Below, piece by piece: positions 9,690 through 20,340 of a DNA stretch of 64,000 bases. Position 1 is the stretch's first letter. Every line of letters begins with the position of its first letter. Source of the DNA: Escherichia coli (lineage in GTDB: Bacteria > Pseudomonadota > Gammaproteobacteria > Enterobacterales > Enterobacteriaceae). The stretch lies in the NCBI RefSeq assembly GCF_030013205.1, contig NZ_CP122648.1; one strand, given 5' to 3'. Under the pieces are notes generated by a model that searched no databases, had not been told where the DNA came from, and worked only from the letters and a program-made list of their open reading frames with translations. A program made the position numbers and the translations under genes.

Positions 9690-9754
9690 TTCCCTCTCAT
9701 CTGTATAAATTTCGAACTACACTTAACTGGCTTCTCTTAACTGAGGTCACCATC

Positions 9755-10198
9755 ATGCCGTTAAGTCCCTACCTCTCTTTTGCCGGTAACTGTGCCGACG
9801 CAATTGCTTATTATCAACGTACGTTGGGCGCTGAACTGATCTATAAAATCAGCTTCGGCGAAATGCCAAAATCAGCGCAGGACAGCGCCGAGAACTGCCC
9901 TTCCGGAATGCAATTTCCCGATACCGCCATCGCCCACGCCAATGTGCGCATTGCCGGAAGCGATATCATGATGAGCGATGCTATACCGTCAGGAAAAGCC
10001 AGCTACTCCGGCTTTACGTTAGTGCTCGATTCGCAACAGGTCGAAGAAGGGAAACGCTGGTTTGACAATCTTGCCGCCAACGGAAAAATCGAAATGGCCT
10101 GGCAGGAAACTTTCTGGGCGCATGGCTTCGGCAAAGTCACCGATAAATTTGGCGTACCGTGGATGATTAATGTCGTCAAACAACAACCAACGCAATAA
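9755..10198 (+). CDS. yjdN: Glyoxalase/VOC-family protein YjdN (PhnB)
   Basis: 147-aa ORF MPLSPYLSFAGNCADAIAYYQRTLGAEL...; position between yjdM and phnC. Confidence 0.88.
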   Translation: MPLSPYLSFAGNCADAIAYYQRTLGAELIYKISFGEMPKSAQDSAENCPSGMQFPDTAIAHANVRIAGSDIMMSDAIPSGKASYSGFTLVLDSQQVEEGKRWFDNLAANGKIEMAWQETFWAHGFGKVTDKFGVPWMINVVKQQPTQ

Positions 10199-10254
10199 TC
10201 CGCCGGGAGGCCCGCCCTCCCGCACTGTCATCGAATTCCCGTTAACTCTTCATC

Positions 10255-10292
10255 TGTTAGTCACTTTTAATTAACCAAATCGTCACAATAAT
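10255..10292 (+). promoter_or_regulatory. Pho box region of the phnC promoter
   Basis: CTGTTAGTCACTTTTAATTAACCAAATCGTCACAATAA: tandem CTGTnA-like 7-bp direct repeats spaced ~11 bp, about 40-75 bp upstream of phnC ATG; matches the PhoB-dependent phn promoter architecture. Confidence 0.6.
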
Positions 10293-10330
10293 CCGCCACG
10301 ATGGAGCCACTTTTTTAGGGAGGCTGCATC

Positions 10331-11119
10331 ATGCAAACGATTATCCGTGTCGAGAAGCTCGCCAAAACCTTCAATCAGCATCAGGCGCTGCACGCGGTTG
10401 ATCTGAACATTCATCACGGTGAAATGGTGGCTCTGCTTGGGCCGTCGGGTTCCGGCAAATCCACCCTTTTACGTCACTTAAGCGGTTTGATTACCGGCGA
10501 TAAATCTGCCGGTAGCCATATCGAGCTGCTGGGTCGCACAGTCCAGCGCGAAGGCCGCCTGGCCCGCGATATCCGCAAAAGCCGCGCCAACACCGGCTAC
10601 ATCTTCCAACAATTCAACCTGGTGAATCGCCTGAGCGTACTGGAGAACGTGCTGATTGGCGCGCTCGGCAGCACGCCATTCTGGCGCACCTGTTTTAGCT
10701 ACTTCACCCGCGAGCAGAAACAACGCGCGTTACAGGCGCTGACCCGCGTTGGCATGGTGCATTTTGCCCATCAGCGCGTTTCCACCCTCTCCGGCGGGCA
10801 ACAGCAGCGTGTGGCGATTGCCCGCGCGCTGATGCAGCAGGCGAAGGTGATTCTGGCGGACGAACCCATCGCCTCGCTGGACCCGGAATCAGCGCGCATC
10901 GTGATGGACACCCTGCGCGACATCAACCAGAACGACGGCATTACCGTGGTCGTCACGCTGCATCAGGTGGATTACGCCCTGCGCTACTGCGAACGCATCG
11001 TCGCCCTGCGCCAGGGGCACGTCTTCTACGACGGCAGCAGCCAACAGTTTGATAACGAACGCTTTGATCATCTCTATCGCAGCATCAACCGCGTCGAAGA
11101 GAACGCGAAAGCTGCCTGA
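10331..11119 (+). CDS. phnC: Phosphonate ABC transporter ATP-binding protein PhnC
   Basis: 262 aa, Walker [10 protein letters not shown], signature LSGGQQQR, Walker B ILADEP. Confidence 0.95.
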   Translation: MQTIIRVEKLAKTFNQHQALHAVDLNIHHGEMVALLGPSGSGKSTLLRHLSGLITGDKSAGSHIELLGRTVQREGRLARDIRKSRANTGYIFQQFNLVNRLSVLENVLIGALGSTPFWRTCFSYFTREQKQRALQALTRVGMVHFAHQRVSTLSGGQQQRVAIARALMQQAKVILADEPIASLDPESARIVMDTLRDINQNDGITVVVTLHQVDYALRYCERIVALRQGHVFYDGSSQQFDNERFDHLYRSINRVEENAKAA

Positions 11120-11143
11120 CATCCCCATCATTGAGGAAAACGA

Positions 11144-12160
11144 ATGAACGCTAAGATAATTGCCTCGCTGGCCTTCACCAGCATGTTCAGCCTCAGCACC
11201 CTGTTAAGCCCGGCGCACGCCGAAGAGCAGGAAAAGGCGTTGAATTTCGGCATTATTTCAACGGAATCACAGCAAAACCTGAAACCGCAATGGACGCCGT
11301 TCTTGCAGGATATGGAGAAGAAGCTGGGCGTGAAGGTCAACGCCTTCTTTGCCCCGGACTACGCGGGCATTATCCAGGGGATGCGCTTCAATAAAGTGGA
11401 TATCGCCTGGTACGGCAATCTGTCGGCGATGGAAGCGGTGGATCGCGCCAACGGTCAGGTCTTCGCCCAGACGGTCGCGGCGGATGGATCGCCGGGTTAC
11501 TGGAGCGTGTTGATCGTCAACAAAGATAGTCCGATCAACAACCTGAACGATCTGCTGGCGAAGCGGAAAGATCTCACCTTCGGCAATGGCGATCCTAACT
11601 CCACCTCTGGCTTCCTCGTCCCCGGTTACTACGTCTTTGCCAAAAACAATATCTCCGCCAGCGACTTCAAACGCACCGTCAACGCCGGGCATGAAACCAA
11701 CGCGCTGGCCGTCGCCAACAAGCAGGTGGATGTGGCGACCAACAACACCGAAAACCTCGACAAGCTGAAAACCTCCGCGCCAGAGAAGCTGAAAGAACTG
11801 AAGGTGATCTGGAAGTCGCCGCTGATCCCAGGCGATCCGATCGTCTGGCGCAAAAATCTGTCCGAAACCACCAAAGACAAGATCTACGACTTCTTTATGA
11901 ACTACGGCAAAACGCCGGAAGAGAAAGCGGTGCTGGAGCGCCTGGGCTGGGCCCCGTTCCGCGCCTCCAGCGACCTGCAACTGGTGCCGATTCGCCAGCT
12001 CGCACTGTTTAAAGAGATGCAGGGCGTGAAAAGCAATAAAGGGCTGAATGAGCAGGACAAGCTGGCAAAAACTAGCGCCATTCAGGCGCAGCTGGATGAC
12101 CTGGACCGCCTGAACAACGCGTTAAGCGCGATGAGTTCGGTGAGTAAAGCGGTGCAGTAA
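11144..12160 (+). CDS. phnD: Phosphonate ABC transporter periplasmic binding protein PhnD
   Basis: 338 aa with signal peptide (MNAKIIASLAFTSMFSLSTLLSPAHA); follows phnC by 24 bp. Confidence 0.95.
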   Translation: MNAKIIASLAFTSMFSLSTLLSPAHAEEQEKALNFGIISTESQQNLKPQWTPFLQDMEKKLGVKVNAFFAPDYAGIIQGMRFNKVDIAWYGNLSAMEAVDRANGQVFAQTVAADGSPGYWSVLIVNKDSPINNLNDLLAKRKDLTFGNGDPNSTSGFLVPGYYVFAKNNISASDFKRTVNAGHETNALAVANKQVDVATNNTENLDKLKTSAPEKLKELKVIWKSPLIPGDPIVWRKNLSETTKDKIYDFFMNYGKTPEEKAVLERLGWAPFRASSDLQLVPIRQLALFKEMQGVKSNKGLNEQDKLAKTSAIQAQLDDLDRLNNALSAMSSVSKAVQ

Positions 12161-12175
12161 TGTGCTCGATCGGTC

Positions 12176-12196
12176 CCCTCTCCCACAGGGAGAGGG
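12176..12196 (+). other. GC-rich intercistronic hairpin between phnD and phnE
   Basis: ccctctccc-aca-gggagaggg (9-bp perfect stem, 3-nt loop) 16 nt after phnD stop, 25 nt before phnE ATG. Confidence 0.5.
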
Positions 12197-12220
12197 AGAA
12201 AACATTAAACGGAGCAATAT

Positions 12221-13000
12221 ATGCAAACCATCACCATCGCCCCACCCAAGCGCAGCTGGTTCTCGCTTCTGAGCTGGGCCATTGTTCTCGCCGTGCTGGT
12301 CGTCTCGTGGCAGGGCGCGGAAATGGCCCCGCTCACGCTGATTAAAGACGGCGGCAACATGGCAACCTTCGCCGCCGACTTCTTCCCGCCCGATTTCAGC
12401 CAGTGGCAGGATTACCTCACCGAAATGGCCGTCACGCTGCAAATCGCCGTCTGGGGCACCGCGCTGGCGGTGGTTCTCTCCATCCCCTTCGGTCTGATGA
12501 GCGCCGAAAACCTGGTGCCGTGGTGGGTTTACCAGCCCGTACGCCGCCTGATGGACGCCTGCCGCGCCATTAACGAAATGGTCTTCGCCATGCTGTTCGT
12601 GGTCGCCGTTGGCCTTGGCCCGTTCGCTGGCGTGCTGGCGCTGTTTATCCACACCACCGGCGTGCTCTCCAAACTGCTTTCCGAAGCGGTAGAAGCAATT
12701 GAACCCGGCCCGGTGGAAGGTATTCGCGCCACCGGTGCCAACAAGCTCGAAGAGATCCTCTACGGCGTGCTGCCGCAGGTGATGCCGCTGCTGATCTCCT
12801 ACTCCCTCTATCGCTTCGAATCCAACGTCCGTTCGGCCACCGTTGTTGGCATGGTCGGCGCTGGCGGGATCGGCGTCACCCTGTGGGAAGCGATTCGCGG
12901 TTTCCAGTTCCAGCAAACCTGCGCCCTGATGGTGCTGATTATCGTCACGGTCAGCCTGCTGGATTTCCTCTCTCAACGGTTGCGTAAGCACTTTATCTGA
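12221..13000 (+). CDS. phnE: Phosphonate ABC transporter permease PhnE (apparently intact)
   Basis: Uninterrupted 259-aa ORF with multiple hydrophobic segments and the permease EAA-like region; no frameshift visible. Confidence 0.9.
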   Translation: MQTITIAPPKRSWFSLLSWAIVLAVLVVSWQGAEMAPLTLIKDGGNMATFAADFFPPDFSQWQDYLTEMAVTLQIAVWGTALAVVLSIPFGLMSAENLVPWWVYQPVRRLMDACRAINEMVFAMLFVVAVGLGPFAGVLALFIHTTGVLSKLLSEAVEAIEPGPVEGIRATGANKLEEILYGVLPQVMPLLISYSLYRFESNVRSATVVGMVGAGGIGVTLWEAIRGFQFQQTCALMVLIIVTVSLLDFLSQRLRKHFI

Positions 13001-13020
13001 TAAGCGAGGCATTGATATCT

Positions 13021-13746
13021 ATGCACTTGTCTACACATCCGACCAGCTACCCAACACGCTATCAGGAGATAGCCGCAAAACTTGAGCAGGAGCTTCGTCA
13101 ACACTACCGCTGCGGCGACTATCTTCCCGCCGAGCAGCAACTGGCGGCGCGCTTTGAGGTGAACCGCCACACCCTGCGCCGCGCCATCGACCAACTGGTG
13201 GAAAAAGGCTGGGTACAGCGCCGTCAGGGCGTCGGCGTGCTGGTGCTGATGCGCCCGTTCGATTACCCGCTCAACGCCCAGGCGCGTTTTAGCCAGAACC
13301 TGCTGGATCAGGGCAGCCATCCCACCAGCGAAAAACTGCTGTCTGTGCTGCGCCCGGCCTCCGGTCACGTCGCTGACGCGCTGGGGATAACCGAGGGCGA
13401 GAACGTTATCCACCTGCGCACCCTGCGCCGGGTCAACGGCGTCGCGCTCTGTTTAATCGACCACTACTTTGCGGACCTCACCCTCTGGCCGACGCTGCAA
13501 CGCTTCGACAGCGGCTCGCTGCACGATTTTCTGCGCGAGCAAACGGGGATTGCGCTGCGCCGCAGCCAGACGCGGATCAGCGCCCGCCGCGCCCAGGCCA
13601 AAGAGTGCCAGCGTCTTGAAATCCCGAATATGTCGCCGCTGCTGTGCGTGCGCACCCTTAACCACCGTGACGGTGAAAGCAGCCCGGCGGAGTACTCCGT
13701 CAGCCTGACGCGCGCCGACATGATTGAATTCACTATGGAGCACTGA
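13021..13746 (+). CDS. phnF: GntR-family transcriptional regulator PhnF
   Basis: 241 aa from ATG 13021 (MHLSTHPTSYPTRYQEIAAKLEQ...), N-terminal GntR HTH, C-terminal UTRA-like domain. Confidence 0.93.
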   Translation: MHLSTHPTSYPTRYQEIAAKLEQELRQHYRCGDYLPAEQQLAARFEVNRHTLRRAIDQLVEKGWVQRRQGVGVLVLMRPFDYPLNAQARFSQNLLDQGSHPTSEKLLSVLRPASGHVADALGITEGENVIHLRTLRRVNGVALCLIDHYFADLTLWPTLQRFDSGSLHDFLREQTGIALRRSQTRISARRAQAKECQRLEIPNMSPLLCVRTLNHRDGESSPAEYSVSLTRADMIEFTMEH

Positions 13747-14199
13747 ATGCACGCAGATACCGCGACCCGCCAGCACTGGATGTCCGTACTGGCACACAGC
13801 CAACCGGCTGAACTGGCAGCCCGCCTGAAGGCGCTGAACATCACTGCCGACTATGAAGTAATCCGCGCCGCTGAAACCGGCCTGGTGCAGATTCAGGCGC
13901 GGATGGGTGGCACCGGCGAACGCTTTTTTGCTGGCGACGCCACGCTCACCCGCGCCACCGTACGCCTGACTGACGGCACGCTCGGCTACAGCTGGGTGCT
14001 GGGGCGCGACAAACAGCACGCCGAACGCTGCGCGCTGATTGACGCGCTGATGCAGCAAACCCGCCATTTTCAAAACTTATCAGAAACCCTTATTGCCCCG
14101 CTGGACGCTGACCGTATGGCACGCATTGCCGCACGCCAGGCCGAAGTGAACGCCAGCCGGGTCGACTTCTTTACGATGGTTCGCGGAGATAACGCATGA
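13747..14199 (+). CDS. phnG: C-P lyase core complex subunit PhnG
   Basis: 150 aa ORF immediately after phnF stop; operon position. Confidence 0.93.
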   Translation: MHADTATRQHWMSVLAHSQPAELAARLKALNITADYEVIRAAETGLVQIQARMGGTGERFFAGDATLTRATVRLTDGTLGYSWVLGRDKQHAERCALIDALMQQTRHFQNLSETLIAPLDADRMARIAARQAEVNASRVDFFTMVRGDNA

Positions 14200-14780
14200 C
14201 CCTGGAAACCGCTTTTATGCTTCCTGTGCAGGATGCCCAGCACAGTTTTCGTCGCCTGTTAAAAGCCATGAGCGAGCCGGGCGTGATTGTCGCCCTGCAT
14301 CAGCTCAAACGCGGCTGGCAGCCGCTGAATATCGCCACCACCAGCGTGCTGCTGACGCTGGCCGATAACGACACGCCGGTGTGGCTTTCTGCGCCATTAA
14401 GTAACGATATCGTCAGCCAGAGCCTGCGTTTTTATACCAACGCGCCGCTGGTCAATCAGCCGGAACTGGCGACCTTCGCGGTAACGGATGAGGCGATTTC
14501 CAGCGAACAGCTTAACGCCCTTTCCAGCGGCACCGCTGTTGCGCCAGAAGCGGGCGCGACGCTGATTTTACAGGTCGTCAGCCTGAGCGGCGGGCGCATG
14601 CTGCGCCTTACTGGCGCGGGTATTGCCGAAGAACGAATGATCGCTCCGCAGCTGCCGGAGTGCATTCTGCACGAACTTACCGAGCGCCCGCACCCGTTCC
14701 CGCTCGGCATCGACCTGATCCTGACCTGCGGCGAGCGCCTGCTGGCTATCCCGCGAACCACTCATGTGGAGGTGTGCTGA
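14196..14780 (+). CDS. phnH: C-P lyase core complex subunit PhnH
   Basis: 194 aa; ATGA overlap with phnG stop. Confidence 0.93.
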   Translation: MTLETAFMLPVQDAQHSFRRLLKAMSEPGVIVALHQLKRGWQPLNIATTSVLLTLADNDTPVWLSAPLSNDIVSQSLRFYTNAPLVNQPELATFAVTDEAISSEQLNALSSGTAVAPEAGATLILQVVSLSGGRMLRLTGAGIAEERMIAPQLPECILHELTERPHPFPLGIDLILTCGERLLAIPRTTHVEVC

Positions 14781-15844
14781 TGTACGTTGCCGTGAAAGGG
14801 GGCGAAAAGGCGATCGACGCCGCCCACGCCCTGCAAGAGAGCCGACGCCGGGGCAATACCGATTTGCCTGAACTGAGCGTCGCCCAGATTGAACAGCAGC
14901 TTAATCTTGCAGTAGATCGCGTGATGACCGAAGGCGGCATTGCCGACCGCGAACTGGCGGCGCTGGCGCTGAAACAGGCCAGCGGCGATAACGTCGAAGC
15001 GATTTTCCTGCTACGCGCCTACCGCACCACGCTGGCGAAGCTGGCGGTAAGCGAGCCGCTCGACACCACCGGGATGCGTCTCGAACGGCGTATTTCAGCG
15101 GTTTATAAAGATATTCCCGGCGGCCAGCTGCTTGGCCCAACCTACGACTACACCCATCGCCTGCTCGATTTCACCCTGCTGGCAAACGGCGAAGCGCCGA
15201 CGCTGACCACAGCCGACAGCGAACAACAGCCGTCGCCGCACGTTTTCAGCCTGCTGGCGCGTCAGGGGCTGGCGAAGTTTGAAGAAGATAGCGGCGCACA
15301 GCCGGACGACATCACCCGCACGCCGCCGGTTTACCCCTGCTCACGCTCCTCCCGCCTGCAACAATTAATGCGCGGCGACGAAGGCTATTTGCTGGCGCTG
15401 GCCTACTCCACCCAGCGTGGTTACGGGCGCAATCACCCGTTCGCGGGCGAGATCCGCAGTGGCTATATCGACGTGTCTATTGTGCCGGAAGAGCTGGGAT
15501 TTGCGGTGAACGTCGGCGAACTGCTGATGACCGAATGTGAAATGGTCAACGGTTTTATCGACCCGCCGGATGAGCCGCCGCACTTCACGCGCGGCTACGG
15601 GCTGGTGTTCGGCATGAGCGAGCGCAAAGCGATGGCGATGGCGCTGGTTGACCGCGCTCTACAAGCCCCGGAGTACGGCGAGCACGCGACAGGCCCGGCG
15701 CAGGATGAAGAGTTCGTGCTGGCGCATGCCGACAACGTCGAAGCCGCAGGCTTTGTCTCGCACCTTAAACTCCCGCACTACGTCGATTTCCAGGCCGAAC
15801 TGGAGCTACTCAAACGTCTGCAACAGGAGCAGAACCATGGCTAA
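14780..15844 (+). CDS. phnI: C-P lyase subunit PhnI (ribosyl transferase/nucleosidase)
   Basis: 354 aa from ATG 14780 ([13 protein letters not shown]...) overlapping phnH stop; track ORF 14660-15844 is an upstream extension in the same frame. Confidence 0.93.
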   Translation: MYVAVKGGEKAIDAAHALQESRRRGNTDLPELSVAQIEQQLNLAVDRVMTEGGIADRELAALALKQASGDNVEAIFLLRAYRTTLAKLAVSEPLDTTGMRLERRISAVYKDIPGGQLLGPTYDYTHRLLDFTLLANGEAPTLTTADSEQQPSPHVFSLLARQGLAKFEEDSGAQPDDITRTPPVYPCSRSSRLQQLMRGDEGYLLALAYSTQRGYGRNHPFAGEIRSGYIDVSIVPEELGFAVNVGELLMTECEMVNGFIDPPDEPPHFTRGYGLVFGMSERKAMAMALVDRALQAPEYGEHATGPAQDEEFVLAHADNVEAAGFVSHLKLPHYVDFQAELELLKRLQQEQNHG

Positions 15845-16682
15845 TCTGAGCGGCTACAACTTTGCCTACCTCGACGAGCAGACCAAGCGCATGATCCGCC
15901 GCGCCATCTTAAAAGCGGTGGCGATCCCCGGTTATCAGGTGCCGTTTGGCGGGCGCGAGATGCCGATGCCGTACGGCTGGGGAACTGGTGGTATCCAGCT
16001 TACCGCCAGCGTGATTGGCGAAAGCGACGTGTTGAAGGTGATTGACCAGGGTGCGGATGACACCACCAACGCCGTATCAATTCGCAACTTCTTTAAGCGC
16101 GTGACCGGGGTAAACACCACTGAACGTACGGACGATGCGACGCTTATCCAGACGCGCCACCGCATCCCCGAAACGCCGCTGACCGAAGATCAGATCATTA
16201 TTTTCCAGGTGCCGATCCCCGAACCGCTGCGCTTTATCGAGCCGCGCGAAACGGAGACCCGCACTATGCACGCGCTGGAGGAGTACGGCGTGATGCAGGT
16301 GAAGCTGTATGAAGATATCGCCCGCTTCGGTCATATCGCCACCACCTATGCCTATCCGGTGAAGGTGAACGGGCGCTACGTGATGGACCCGTCGCCGATC
16401 CCGAAATTCGATAACCCAAAAATGGACATGATGCCCGCCCTGCAGCTGTTCGGCGCAGGACGCGAGAAGCGCATCTATGCGGTGCCGCCGTTTACCCGCG
16501 TGGAAAGCCTCGATTTCGACGATCACCCGTTCACCGTTCAACAGTGGGATGAGCCGTGCGCCATCTGCGGATCGACCCACAGCTATCTCGACGAAGTGGT
16601 ACTGGATGACGCCGGAAACCGCATGTTTGTCTGCTCCGATACCGATTATTGCCGCCAACAGAGCGAGGCGAAAAGCCAATGA
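15837..16682 (+). CDS. phnJ: C-P lyase PhnJ (radical/Fe-S C-P bond cleaving subunit)
   Basis: 281 aa from ATG 15837 (MANLSGYNFAYLDEQTKRMIRR...); C-terminal Cys cluster CAICGS...FVCSDTDYC; 8-nt overlap with phnI. Confidence 0.93.
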   Translation: MANLSGYNFAYLDEQTKRMIRRAILKAVAIPGYQVPFGGREMPMPYGWGTGGIQLTASVIGESDVLKVIDQGADDTTNAVSIRNFFKRVTGVNTTERTDDATLIQTRHRIPETPLTEDQIIIFQVPIPEPLRFIEPRETETRTMHALEEYGVMQVKLYEDIARFGHIATTYAYPVKVNGRYVMDPSPIPKFDNPKMDMMPALQLFGAGREKRIYAVPPFTRVESLDFDDHPFTVQQWDEPCAICGSTHSYLDEVVLDDAGNRMFVCSDTDYCRQQSEAKSQ

Positions 16683-17437
16683 ATCAACCGTTACTTTCGG
16701 TCAATAACCTGACCCACCTTTACGCGCCGGGCAAAGGCTTTAGCGATGTCTCTTTTGATTTATGGCCGGGGGAAGTGCTGGGCATCGTCGGGGAATCCGG
16801 CTCCGGGAAGACCACGCTGCTGAAATCAATCTCCGCGCGCCTGACGCCGCAGCAGGGGGAGATTCGCTATGAAAACCGCTCCCTCTATGGCATGAGCGAG
16901 GCCGACCGCCGTCGCCTGCTGCGCACCGAATGGGGCGTGGTGCATCAGCATCCGCTCGACGGCCTGCGCCGCCAGGTGTCGGCAGGCGGCAATATCGGCG
17001 AGCGGCTGATGGCGACCGGGGCGCGTCATTACGGCGATATTCGCGCCACCGCGCAGAAGTGGCTGGAGGAGGTGGAGATTCCCTCCAACCGGATCGACGA
17101 CCTGCCGACCACCTTTTCCGGCGGTATGCAGCAACGTTTGCAGATTGCCCGCAACCTGGTGACGCATCCGAAGCTGGTGTTTATGGACGAGCCAACCGGC
17201 GGGCTGGATGTATCGGTACAGGCGCGCCTGCTCGATCTGCTGCGCGGTCTGGTGGTGGAGCTGAATCTGGCGGTGGTGATTGTCACCCACGATCTGGGCG
17301 TCGCCCGCCTGCTGGCGGACCGTTTGCTGGTGATGAAACAGGGGCAAGTGGTGGAGAGTGGGTTAACCGACCGCGTGCTCGACGACCCGCATCATCCGTA
17401 TACCCAGCTGCTGGTGTCATCGGTTTTGCAGAATTGA
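16679..17437 (+). CDS. phnK: C-P lyase system ATPase PhnK (ABC-type ATP-binding)
   Basis: 252 aa from ATG 16679 ([15 protein letters not shown]...), Walker [10 protein letters not shown]; ATGA overlap with phnJ stop. Confidence 0.93.
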   Translation: MNQPLLSVNNLTHLYAPGKGFSDVSFDLWPGEVLGIVGESGSGKTTLLKSISARLTPQQGEIRYENRSLYGMSEADRRRLLRTEWGVVHQHPLDGLRRQVSAGGNIGERLMATGARHYGDIRATAQKWLEEVEIPSNRIDDLPTTFSGGMQQRLQIARNLVTHPKLVFMDEPTGGLDVSVQARLLDLLRGLVVELNLAVVIVTHDLGVARLLADRLLVMKQGQVVESGLTDRVLDDPHHPYTQLLVSSVLQN

Positions 17438-17443
17438 GCCAGT

Positions 17444-17528
17444 GCCGGATACGGCGTAAACGCCTTATCCGGCCGACAAATGCGCTCCCCGTAGGTCGGA
17501 TAAGACGCGTCAGCGTCGCATCCGACAC
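17444..17528. repeat. Intra-operonic REP pair (BIME) between phnK and phnL
   Basis: gccggatacggcgtaaacgccttatccggc ... ggtcggataagacgcgtcagcgtcgcatccgacac; two REP palindromes in the 110-bp phnK-phnL gap. Confidence 0.65.
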
Positions 17529-17547
17529 CCGAACCACGAGGCGAAAA

Positions 17548-18228
17548 ATGATTAACGTACAAAACGTCAGTAAAACCTTCATCCTGCACCAGCAAAACGG
17601 CGTGCGCCTGCACGTCTTACAACGTGCCTCGCTCACCGTCAACGCAGGCGAATGCGTGGTACTCCACGGCCACTCCGGCAGTGGAAAATCAACCCTGCTA
17701 CGCTCGCTGTACGCCAACTATCTGCCCGATGAAGGTCAAATCCAGATCAAACACGGTGATGAGTGGGTAGACCTGATCACCGCGCCAGCCCGCAAAGTGG
17801 TGGAGATCCGCAAAACCACCATCGGCTGGGTGAGCCAGTTTCTGCGCGTCATCCCGCGTATTTCGGCACTGGAAGTGGTGATGCAGCCTCTGCTCGATAC
17901 CGGCGTACCGCGTGAAGCCTGCGCCGCTAAAGCCGCGCGTCTGCTCACCCGCCTGAACGTGCCTGAACGCCTGTGGCACCTGGCACCATCGACCTTCTCC
18001 GGCGGCGAACAGCAGCGCGTCAACATCGCCCGTGGCTTTATCGTCGACTATCCGATTCTGCTGCTCGACGAACCTACCGCCTCGCTGGACGCTAAAAACA
18101 GCGCCGCCGTAGTGGAACTGATCCGCGAAGCCAAAGCCCGCGGCGCGGCCATCGTCGGTATCTTCCATGACGAAGCCGTACGCAATGACGTCGCCGACCG
18201 CCTGCACCCGATGGGAGCCTCTTCATGA
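17548..18228 (+). CDS. phnL: C-P lyase system ATPase PhnL (ABC-type ATP-binding)
   Basis: 226 aa from ATG 17548 ([16 protein letters not shown]...), Walker [21 protein letters not shown]. Confidence 0.93.
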   Translation: MINVQNVSKTFILHQQNGVRLHVLQRASLTVNAGECVVLHGHSGSGKSTLLRSLYANYLPDEGQIQIKHGDEWVDLITAPARKVVEIRKTTIGWVSQFLRVIPRISALEVVMQPLLDTGVPREACAAKAARLLTRLNVPERLWHLAPSTFSGGEQQRVNIARGFIVDYPILLLDEPTASLDAKNSAAVVELIREAKARGAAIVGIFHDEAVRNDVADRLHPMGASS

Positions 18229-19361
18229 TTATCAATAACGTCAAACTGGTGCTGGAAAATGAAGTGGTGCACGGTTCACTGGAAGTACAGGATGGCGAAA
18301 TTCGCGCCTTTGCCGAAAGCCAGAGCCGCCAGCCGGAAGCGATGGACGGTGAAGGTGGCTGGCTACTGCCCGGACTGATTGAGCTGCATACCGACAACCT
18401 CGATAAATTCTTCACCCCGCGCCCGAAAGTCGACTGGCCCGCCCATTCGGCGATGAGCAGCCACGACGCGCTGATGGTGGCAAGCGGCATCACCACCGTA
18501 CTGGACGCCGTGGCGATTGGTGATGTGCGCGACGGCGGCGATCGGCTGGAGAATCTGGAGAAGATGATCAACGCCATCGAAGAGACGCAGAAACGCGGCG
18601 TCAACCGCGCCGAGCACCGCCTGCACCTGCGCTGCGAACTGCCGCACCACACCACGTTGCCGCTGTTTGAAAAACTGGTGCAGCGCGAACCGGTGACGCT
18701 GGTATCGCTGATGGACCACTCGCCAGGCCAGCGCCAGTTCGCCAATCGCGAGAAGTATCGCGAATATTATCAGGGCAAATACTCGCTCACCGATGTGCAG
18801 ATGCAGCAGTACGAAGAGGAACAGCTGGCGCTTGCCGCACGCTGGTCACAGCCGAATCGCGAATCCATCGCCGCCCTGTGCCGCGCGCGACAAATTGCGC
18901 TCGCCAGCCATGATGACGCCACGCACGCACACGTTGCCGAATCCCACCAGCTTGGCAGCGTGATCGCCGAATTTCCCACCACGTTCGAAGCGGCACAAGC
19001 CTCGCGCAAGCATGGCATGAACGTGCTGATGGGCGCGCCGAATATCGTGCGCGGCGGTTCGCACTCCGGCAACGTGGCGGCCAGTGAACTGGCGCAGCTT
19101 GGCCTGCTGGATATCCTCTCTTCCGACTACTACCCCGCCAGCCTGCTCGATGCGGCATTTCGCGTCGCCGATGACGAGAGCAACCGCTTTACGCTGCCGC
19201 AGGCGGTGAAGCTGGTGACTAAAAATCCGGCGCAGGCGCTTAATCTTCAGGATCGCGGAGTGATTGGCGAGGGCAAACGCGCCGACCTGGTGCTGGCGCA
19301 TCGCAAGGGCAACCACATTCATATCGACCACGTCTGGCGTCAGGGTAAAAGGGTGTTCTGA
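18225..19361 (+). CDS. phnM: PhnM, amidohydrolase-family RPnTP diphosphatase
   Basis: 378 aa; metal-dependent hydrolase fold motifs; ATGA overlap with phnL. Confidence 0.93.
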   Translation: MIINNVKLVLENEVVHGSLEVQDGEIRAFAESQSRQPEAMDGEGGWLLPGLIELHTDNLDKFFTPRPKVDWPAHSAMSSHDALMVASGITTVLDAVAIGDVRDGGDRLENLEKMINAIEETQKRGVNRAEHRLHLRCELPHHTTLPLFEKLVQREPVTLVSLMDHSPGQRQFANREKYREYYQGKYSLTDVQMQQYEEEQLALAARWSQPNRESIAALCRARQIALASHDDATHAHVAESHQLGSVIAEFPTTFEAAQASRKHGMNVLMGAPNIVRGGSHSGNVAASELAQLGLLDILSSDYYPASLLDAAFRVADDESNRFTLPQAVKLVTKNPAQALNLQDRGVIGEGKRADLVLAHRKGNHIHIDHVWRQGKRVF

Positions 19362-19918
19362 TGACGGGAAAACTGATTTGGTTAATGGGGGCCTCTGGCT
19401 CCGGAAAAGACAGTCTGTTGACGGAACTCCGCCAGCGGGAACAAACTCAGCTACTGGTAGCGCATCGCTACATCACGCGCGCCGCCAGCGCCGGAAGTGA
19501 AAATCATATCGCCCTGAGCGAGCAGGAGTTTTTTACCCGCGCGGGGCAGAACCTTCTGGCCTTAAGCTGGCACGCCAACGGCCTGTATTATGGCATCGGC
19601 GTCGAGATTGACCTCTGGCTGCACGCTGGATTTGACGTGGTGGTCAACGGCTCACGCGCCCATCTGCCGCAGGCGCGGGCGCGCTATCAATCGGCGCTGC
19701 TGCCCATTTGCTTACAGGTTTCGCTGGAGATCCTGCGCCAGCGCCTGGAAAACCGTGGCCGTGAAAACGCAAGTGAAATTAACGCCCGGCTGGCGCGCGC
19801 CGCCCGCTATACTCCTCAGGATTGTCTTACGCTCAATAATGACGGCAGCCTGCGCCAGTCGGTCGACACGCTGCTGACGCTGATTCATCAGAAGGAGAAA
19901 CACCATGCCTGCTTGTGA
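19361..19918 (+). CDS. phnN: Ribose 1,5-bisphosphate phosphokinase PhnN
   Basis: 185 aa, P-loop GASGSGKDS; start overlaps phnM stop. Confidence 0.93.
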
Positions 19919-20339
19919 GCTTCGCCCGGCCACGCAGTACGATACCGACGCAGTTTACGCGCTGATTTGTGAGCTAAAACAGGCGGAGTTTGACCACCAC
20001 GCGTTTCGCGTGGGCTTTAACGCCAACCTGCGCGACCCGAACATGCGCTACCATCTGGCGCTGCTGGATGGCGAAGTTGTCGGCATGATCGGCCTGCATT
20101 TGCAGTTTCATCTGCATCATGTCAACTGGATCGGCGAAATTCAGGAATTGGTGGTGATGCCGCAGGCGCGCGGTCTGAATGTCGGCAGTAAATTACTGGC
20201 ATGGGCAGAAGAAGAAGCCCGCCAGGCCGGGGCCGAAATGACCGAGCTTTCCACCAACGTCAAGCGCCACGACGCGCACCGTTTCTATCTGCGCGAAGGC
20301 TATGAGCAGAGCCACTTCCGCTTCACCAAGGCGCTGTAA
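19905..20339 (+). CDS. phnO: Aminoalkylphosphonate N-acetyltransferase PhnO (GNAT)
   Basis: 144 aa GNAT-like ORF overlapping phnN 3' end by 14 nt. Confidence 0.92.
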
Positions 20340-20340
20340 C

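Noticed and set aside
12122-13012. 296-aa minus-strand ORF antisense to phnE
   Set aside because: Lies entirely opposite a well-supported transporter gene, is Gly/His/Arg-rich low-complexity and lacks a convincing RBS; typical GC-rich antisense frame.
16930-18228. 432-aa ORF spanning the phnK 3' end, the REP elements and phnL
   Set aside because: Only the last 226 codons (from ATG 17548) correspond to PhnL; the upstream part reads through phnK in another frame and through REP palindromes.
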